64,000 bases of DNA from assembly GCA_041583775.1 (NCBI GenBank), contig JBFHFF010000001.1, positions 94,676-158,675 on the forward strand, given 5' to 3'. The notes beneath the pieces were generated by a model that made no database searches, was not told the DNA's origin, and worked only from the letters and a program-made list of their open reading frames with translations. This document shows positions 59,001 through 64,000 of this stretch, in pieces (the stretch's first letter is position 1; every line of letters starts with the position of its first letter). Both the position numbers and the translations under genes were made by a program. This DNA is from Candidatus Moraniibacteriota bacterium (GTDB taxonomy: Bacteria > Patescibacteriota > Minisyncoccia > Moranbacterales > DUUL01).

Positions 59001-62000
59001 AACTCTTGATGGGACATCTTCAAGCTCTTCCCAAGAATCAGCAGTAATGTTATATCTAAAATTTTCTCTAGTATTATTTCCCCTCATTGCATGCAAGTAT
59101 CCATCTCTTGTATCAACCAATGAACCACCATAGTTTATAGCAGCTGGAGCACTAGTTCTTGTCTCCCAAGAGCCAGAATTCACATCATATCTCCACATAG
59201 TAGAATAATTACCACCTCTGGTCCAATAAATATATGGCACATCACCAACTTCTTTATAAAGAATTTTTCCCCCATAATTATTTGTGAGTCCAGAAGTTGT
59301 CGGAAGTGCCGAAGACCAGCGGCTGCCAGCCGTAGCCTGCGTATCATATCTCCACCAATTAGAGCTTGCTCCTCTAGTAAGGTATATATATCTAGCGCCA
59401 TCGTATGTCATAGAGGACCCAGAGCTTGTCTGTAGAGGAATCGGATCTGTAGTAATTGTCTCCCAGGTATTCGTAGCAACTTCATATCTCATAAAATAGT
59501 TGTTGCTTCCGTCAATAGCTCTTGATCTTGTTCCGGTACCAGTTGAAAGATATATCGCGTTCTCATCTTCGTTGTATGCCATTGCTGTACCAGACCAAAG
59601 ACCAACAGGGGTATCTGCTAATTTCAGAAACTCACCAGAATTAGTATCATATTTTCCGAAATCACTACTGTAATAACCTCTTGTTATATATAAACTACCC
59701 GCACCATCTTCAACAAGTTCGGAGCCATAATAATAGTCAAAATATGAATTAGTACTATCCAAAATGGATGGTCCAAAAAAACCTCTTTGTGGAATTTCCC
59801 AAGAATTTTCTTCGATATTAAAACGATAAAACAAAGTTGAACCATTAGCTCTAAGAACATAAACATATCCATCAACAACTTTCATAGTAGTTCCGTAGGC
59901 AATACTATTTGGAATTTTAGGAAGTTGCATCCAAGAATCAGTTGTTACATCATACTTCATAAAGTTATCTCTCCAATTTCCACTTAACATGAAAATTGAA
60001 TTTGTTTCATCATCATAAGAAACGCAACCACCGTAATAAACACCGATTGGAGCTTTAGCTAAAGGAACCCAAGAATTTCCATCTTCTCCAGTTTCAATAT
60101 CATCGTCGATAATGTATTTTGAAAAATAAGGATAGTAATTACCCTGTAAGGCATATATGTAATTCTCTCCGTCGAAAACTGCATCAGCTCCTGCATAAAC
60201 CCTTTGTCCATCAGACTCATTTGGATTTCCAAATTCCGCATTAGATAAAGTTGTCCAACGATTGTCTTGAGTGTCATAACGATAAAAAACATCATCATTC
60301 CCTGGAAACGCATAAATATACCTTCCTCCGTCCGAAGAAAGTGAGCTACCATAAGTAAAATTCTTTGGTGCACTTGAAACTGATTCCCAATTATCATTTA
60401 CGATATCATACCTCCAAAAAGTTGAGGTATTTGTGCCACGAGATGCAAATAAATAACCCTCTGGTCCTTCTGCTAAAGTTCCTCCATAATAAACGGCCTC
60501 TGGTGCATCCTTAAGCGAAGACCAAGTATCAGTTTCTATGTCATAAACATAAAAACTTTTTTGATTATAACCTCTCAATGAATATAATTTACCATCGACA
60601 TGAACTAACTCAGCTCCTCGCTGAATTGTTCCTGGGGCATTTGACAAAAGTGTCTGTTGCCAAAAGCCATCGACTGCTTCCAGTTGTAATTCATCAGGCT
60701 CTGCTGAAGTTGAAATGTTCTCCACTTCACCCTCTTCAAAATCTGCCTGACTTGTTTGTATCTCAGTTTGAAAAGGAGAAACTCCATCATAGCTATAAAC
60801 AAAAGCCTCCCAAACTTCATCAGTTATATTCCCGTCGTTATCTTTCGTCTTCAAAAGTAAATAATAATCTCCTGTTGTCATCGCAATATTAGCAGAATAA
60901 CTAGTTGCTGTTTGAAAAACACCCTCAGTTTCTGGATCAGCAGAACTATCAGGTCCAAAATATACAAAATACCCTTCTATTTGAGATCCCGCATCTGATG
61001 CCTCTGTCCAAGAGAAAAAAGGGTGTGTATGTTTATACTCAGTGCTACTGACAAGAGATTCTCCTCCTATTCTTGCTGATGATGCTGAAATTGTTGTGGG
61101 ATTGATAGGGTCAACATCCTCACTATTATATGAAATTGTGATGTCATCAATAGTTGGAGTTTTTTCTCCATCAGAACTTACAAGGGTTACTTTCACTTGT
61201 AAATATCTTTTTTTAGGAGATTGGATATCAGTTCCTGAAATAGCCGTCCAAACAGACCAAGTAATGGCATCATCAGAACTTCTAGTTTGATATACAACAG
61301 AAGTATTAATTGGTATATCCTCGCTTGCTGTTAACGATATCCAGGAGTCAACATATCCAAGGTCCAATACTTCACTTGTGAAAGTTCCATTTAGAGTAAA
61401 GTTTGTTGTTCCTGCGGTATAACTCCAAAAATCAGTAATATCAGTTCCTGGTGAAGCATAAAAAGAATTGTTTCCAGTATAAGCAATTGATGCTCCTGCC
61501 CAAGTTCCTCGACCATAAGAATATTTTTGATTAAATGGCAATTCCCTCCAAGAGTCAGTTGCTATTGTATATTCCCAGGTACTGTTTTGATAATTTCCTG
61601 CAAGCGCTAAAATCTTTCCATTTTCATCAAATGTTAAATCTGTACCATAATATTGAGCAAAAGGTGTTTTTTCCAATTTACTCCAAGAATTAGTAGCTGT
61701 ATCATATTTCAAAAACGCAGTCTCTCCATCACCCACAGTGGTATAAAGATTAGTACCATCAGAAATTAAACGAGCACCAACATACGGATAATAATAAAAA
61801 TCATCAGTAGCAACATCAGCCATTTGAGTCCACGAATCGCCAGCAATATCATACCGATAAAAACTTCTCTGGGCATTACCCCTCAAAACATAAATAAAAC
61901 CATCAGAGGCATTATAAACAGCATTTGCACCTTGCCCCAAAGTTCCTGGCGCTGCCGACATTGAACTCCAAGAATCACTAGCTATGTCGTAACGGTAAAA

Positions 62001-63545
62001 ATTACCAGTGGTATTATCGCCTCTTGGAATATAAATATAACCATTATGATAAGTACCTTTTGTATCATAATTCATATTAAGCGGCAAAGAGCTCATCACG
62101 CTCCAACTATTAGCTGAGACATCGTATCGATAAAAAGCGTTATTATTGTCACCTTTAATACCATACAAATAATTACCAGCACCAACAATTCCATTCCAAA
62201 TCAAGCCACCACCCGTATTGAAACTACTTGGGGCATCTGCTGGCCCAACCCAATCACCACTAGATCCCTCTGCTGGGTCAAACTTCCAAAAAGTGTATGA
62301 TCCATTCCCTCTAATTACAAAAAATTTATCGTTATCAGTATCATATGCTATAGAAGAATAATTCGTGGTTAAGGGAGTATCTTCTAATGTGTCCCAAGAA
62401 TCAGTATCAATACAATATCTATAAAATGTATTTGTATTACCAGAGCGCAAAAAATAAACATATCCATCTCGATAAACACCTTTCTTTTCACCATTAAAAG
62501 AAAGGGGCGAATCTGCCAAAGCATTCCATGAATTATTATCAATGTCATATTCCCAAAGAGTTTTTTGATTATAACCCCGAAGAACATACATTTTCCTGTT
62601 ATCCCCATAGACTAATCCACCTCCTGTGTAAATATTGGCAGGCGCTGGGGCAAGATTATACCAACTATTTTCAGAAATATCAAACTTCCAAAAATCTGTA
62701 GAATTTTGTCCGCGTGTTATAAAAAAATCTGCTCCATCAAATTCGATTCCAGCACCCTGATAAACAGAGTCTAAAAGGTTTGGAAGTTTTTCCCATTCAT
62801 CAGTTTCAATATCATAAGAATAAAACTCCTTTGAATAACCCCCAAAAATAAAATATAACTTATCAACTCCATTATATGCAACATCGGCACCATAAAAAGC
62901 TGGCTGTGGCATATCGATAGTTTTAACCCACTCATTAAGATCAATGTTGTAGACATATAAATCTTTGTCGCTATAACCTCTCACTAAATATAAATAATTT
63001 CCTACGACAACAGAAGTAGATCCATATGCAATAGTGTCATATGCCGGAGCCCAAGAACGAGCAGTCCAAGTACCACTTGATGATAATTGAATTGAGTCAG
63101 TTTTGCTTGTAGTTGAAATATTAAAAATTTCTCCACTCTCCCATTCCATTTGAGATGAAATCGTTTTTGATTGTGGTGCTGCAGAAATAAGCGGACTAAC
63201 CAAAAAAATAACAGCTATAAGCAAGGAGGCTAATGTTGAATTATAGATAACAACTTTAATTGTGCGAAAAATAAATACAAAAATACCCCCAATAATATCT
63301 TTAAATTTTGAAGCAACCTTCAAAACGCTAAATTGCCAACCCAAGACACTTCTATTTCTTTTCTTATTCTCAGTTTGTTCCAAAAATTCATCTAGCTTAT
63401 TGATTGAATATTGCTTGTTAATTTGGTTTTTTTTAACTCTTTTTTTCCCAAGCAAAAAACCAAGAATATTCACCTTCTTGTTTCTTTTAAAAATACCTCC
63501 ACTTATTATTTTATTTTTTTTATTATTTATATTTTTTTGTTTCAT
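56073..63545 (-). CDS. giant surface protein with 24 Kelch-like blades and FnIII-like domains
   Basis: hydrophobic signal/anchor near aa 85-121; two blocks of 12 Y..RG...F.YD....W repeats; C-terminal FnIII repeats (e.g. LTGLDAGSKYYYR). Confidence 0.88.
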   Translation of the reverse strand: MKQKNINNKKNKIISGGIFKRNKKVNILGFLLGKKRVKKNQINKQYSINKLDEFLEQTENKKRNRSVLGWQFSVLKVASKFKDIIGGIFVFIFRTIKVVIYNSTLASLLIAVIFLVSPLISAAPQSKTISSQMEWESGEIFNISTTSKTDSIQLSSSGTWTARSWAPAYDTIAYGSTSVVVGNYLYLVRGYSDKDLYVYNIDLNEWVKTIDMPQPAFYGADVAYNGVDKLYFIFGGYSKEFYSYDIETDEWEKLPNLLDSVYQGAGIEFDGADFFITRGQNSTDFWKFDISENSWYNLAPAPANIYTGGGLVYGDNRKMYVLRGYNQKTLWEYDIDNNSWNALADSPLSFNGEKKGVYRDGYVYFLRSGNTNTFYRYCIDTDSWDTLEDTPLTTNYSSIAYDTDNDKFFVIRGNGSYTFWKFDPAEGSSGDWVGPADAPSSFNTGGGLIWNGIVGAGNYLYGIKGDNNNAFYRYDVSANSWSVMSSLPLNMNYDTKGTYHNGYIYIPRGDNTTGNFYRYDIASDSWSSMSAAPGTLGQGANAVYNASDGFIYVLRGNAQRSFYRYDIAGDSWTQMADVATDDFYYYPYVGARLISDGTNLYTTVGDGETAFLKYDTATNSWSKLEKTPFAQYYGTDLTFDENGKILALAGNYQNSTWEYTIATDSWRELPFNQKYSYGRGTWAGASIAYTGNNSFYASPGTDITDFWSYTAGTTNFTLNGTFTSEVLDLGYVDSWISLTASEDIPINTSVVYQTRSSDDAITWSVWTAISGTDIQSPKKRYLQVKVTLVSSDGEKTPTIDDITISYNSEDVDPINPTTISASSARIGGESLVSSTEYKHTHPFFSWTEASDAGSQIEGYFVYFGPDSSADPETEGVFQTATSYSANIAMTTGDYYLLLKTKDNDGNITDEVWEAFVYSYDGVSPFQTEIQTSQADFEEGEVENISTSAEPDELQLEAVDGFWQQTLLSNAPGTIQRGAELVHVDGKLYSLRGYNQKSFYVYDIETDTWSSLKDAPEAVYYGGTLAEGPEGYLFASRGTNTSTFWRYDIVNDNWESVSSAPKNFTYGSSLSSDGGRYIYAFPGNDDVFYRYDTQDNRWTTLSNAEFGNPNESDGQRVYAGADAVFDGENYIYALQGNYYPYFSKYIIDDDIETGEDGNSWVPLAKAPIGVYYGGCVSYDDETNSIFMLSGNWRDNFMKYDVTTDSWMQLPKIPNSIAYGTTMKVVDGYVYVLRANGSTLFYRFNIEENSWEIPQRGFFGPSILDSTNSYFDYYYGSELVEDGAGSLYITRGYYSSDFGKYDTNSGEFLKLADTPVGLWSGTAMAYNEDENAIYLSTGTGTRSRAIDGSNNYFMRYEVATNTWETITTDPIPLQTSSGSSMTYDGARYIYLTRGASSNWWRYDTQATAGSRWSSALPTTSGLTNNYGGKILYKEVGDVPYIYWTRGGNYSTMWRYDVNSGSWETRTSAPAAINYGGSLVDTRDGYLHAMRGNNTRENFRYNITADSWEELEDVPSRVYREGDAVFSNDRIWLTARGESDSYRNGLYSYVVGSAENDTGFKKTGNYTSESIDLIDVYKWANLTARYILPNNTSAVIYTRTSSDEVEWSSWERVTNEQIPSPNEHRFNILSGENRYIQIRIEFTSSDRIKSPLLEDIEINYYQDSIAPTNPTSVVGYNNSSSGVILTSNAWYGNIAPYFVWPAAEEVNGASDGSGGSGVVGYYVYFGTDSSADPYLEGNLQSENTFTAENLSSGEDYYLRIKAIDDAEMVPASTYAAFTYRFDNTSPTNPTNILVNPAGYTASDNYTFTWESDVTDAHSGVAKFQYQTDGDEKDVWYDIDDPMATTLTLPNDEHTVAAYQSGKNWFHLRVVDAAGNVSAAINQEYYFSSSAPSPPRNLTVTPETSTINSFAFQWDQPESYMGDANKIKYVYSVNALPNAYNIINTAVRAAGPGPFATQKGLNRFYVCAMDEAENIDYDLYAYVDFEADTSAPGAPVNIQIFDTSDRENQEYSIALKWSPPVSINEDNFDGYIIYRSDDDETFKEVASTSGSAYVDTELESRTYYYYVKSKDSTNNISIASTTVNIIPTGRYTTPPTLVTEPTHTVQAYEATIKWGTNRFASSFVEYGKSMSLGKTNGQVDSLTDHIVELTGLDAGSKYYYRAKYIDPDGNIGMSDILTFETLPPPTISEVEASDVGLDVATIFWTTNTSAKCTLHYGKGGSLSELIEETSSGSSHMIKLTGLDSTTDYSFQIDAIDDDLNEFSSDRYNFRTLEQPISSDLIVENKENVDIPTVIVKYNTTLPTNTLINFKMTSEASLHNFLDNEYVTEHSIELEGLAPSVEYEINVGGTAEDGVSATTLDTKIITKADSRPPGILSNRAVGRVIGRGKDARANLYIKVETDEITTAKVFYSPGIVLANFEQSSAEDPLNTYHLVTIPVDPGQVYSYIVKTFDESGNETSTKAVTVIVEDSKENATEIVVGTFADKFSWISKLWQ

Positions 63546-63686
63546 TCTTGTTGAGGTCGCCCTTGCAAAAACAAAATTTTTAACACTTTAAACGGGATTA
63601 GTTCAACTAAGCGCTAGTCTCGTTATGCTGTTTTTCTGAAAATAAACTTTTCAGGTTGACTATCAGAAAAAATTTTATTTTTTATT

Positions 63687-64000
63687 TCAAAACTCACCTA
63701 TCACCTCTTTATTCGCAAAATCAATCTTTGATATATCAGTCTCCTCAATAGACTCACTTTTTAAATAAATTTTCCTGCCTTTTTTAAGCCTTCCTTTTTT
63801 CTCCTCTCCTAGAAATATATCCGTACTTTCTTCAAAAACCAATAGTTCTGGATCAGTCTGAAATCCTTTTTCCACACAAAAAACAGAAGATGGTGTTTCG
63901 ATTCGATAGTTTTCCACCTCAACATTGTATTTCCTGGAACTTAAAAATCCCACTTTATTATAAATCAAACCATTTAAAAGTGATATATTGATTTGATAGA
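63687..64000 (-). CDS. hypothetical protein, 5' end outside the window
   Basis: the frame stays open from TGA 63687 to the window edge. Confidence 0.5.
   Translation of the reverse strand, partial: YQINISLLNGLIYNKVGFLSSRKYNVEVENYRIETPSSVFCVEKGFQTDPELLVFEESTDIFLGEEKKGRLKKGRKIYLKSESIEETDISKIDFANKEVIGEF

Noticed and set aside
63575-63630. Integron attC site (TAAC...GTTATGC around a hairpin)
   Set aside because: Too short at about 45 bp, no proper RYYYAAC box, no second copy and no integrase
1-64000. Genome-wide TGA recoding (code 25 or code 4)
   Set aside because: TGA ends several genes at plausible C-termini (1505, 27528, 28814, and ATGA overlaps at 37635 and 55261), and long conserved genes have no internal TGA
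1-64000. tRNA, rRNA, CRISPR array, transposase, integrase or reverse transcriptase
   Set aside because: I saw no cloverleaf, repeat-spacer array or matching protein motifs

Overview
AT-rich bacterial chromosome segment read with genetic code 11: TGA ends several genes and none of the conserved genes has an internal TGA. The gene set points to Patescibacteria/CPR, probably Parcubacteria (inference): DUF4012 and DUF5663-like proteins, a VirB2-like pilin, a tandem PilB ATPase, a membrane-anchored TraD/VirB4-like ATPase, and core genes mostly without Shine-Dalgarno sites. Housekeeping genes: lgt, tsaD, ftsQ-like, ddl, serS, lysS, holB, mreB, murA, dnaJ, ruvB, rsmA, pcrA, purM, glgP. No rRNA, tRNA, CRISPR array, transposase or integrase was seen. 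Strongest leads: (1) a promoter- and terminator-bounded, ORF-less rod-shaped RNA at about 39.7-39.9 kb (6S-like candidate); (2) a 2490-aa protein with 24 Kelch blades and FnIII domains, whose gene overlaps a MacB/LolCDE-type ABC pair that has no adaptor gene; (3) a CPR-type pilin fused to an M15/LAS-like zinc peptidase domain; (4) a gene run of giant membrane protein, DUF5663-like, hypothetical and TraD/VirB4-like ATPase; (5) a set of self-contained accessory cassettes (promoter, boxA-like motif, strong SD, terminator) that includes an active plus a degenerate GGDEF pair, a zinc-ribbon gene behind a possible RNA switch, and a 156-codon frame interrupted only by two TGA codons. All calls come from reading motifs by eye; no searches were run.
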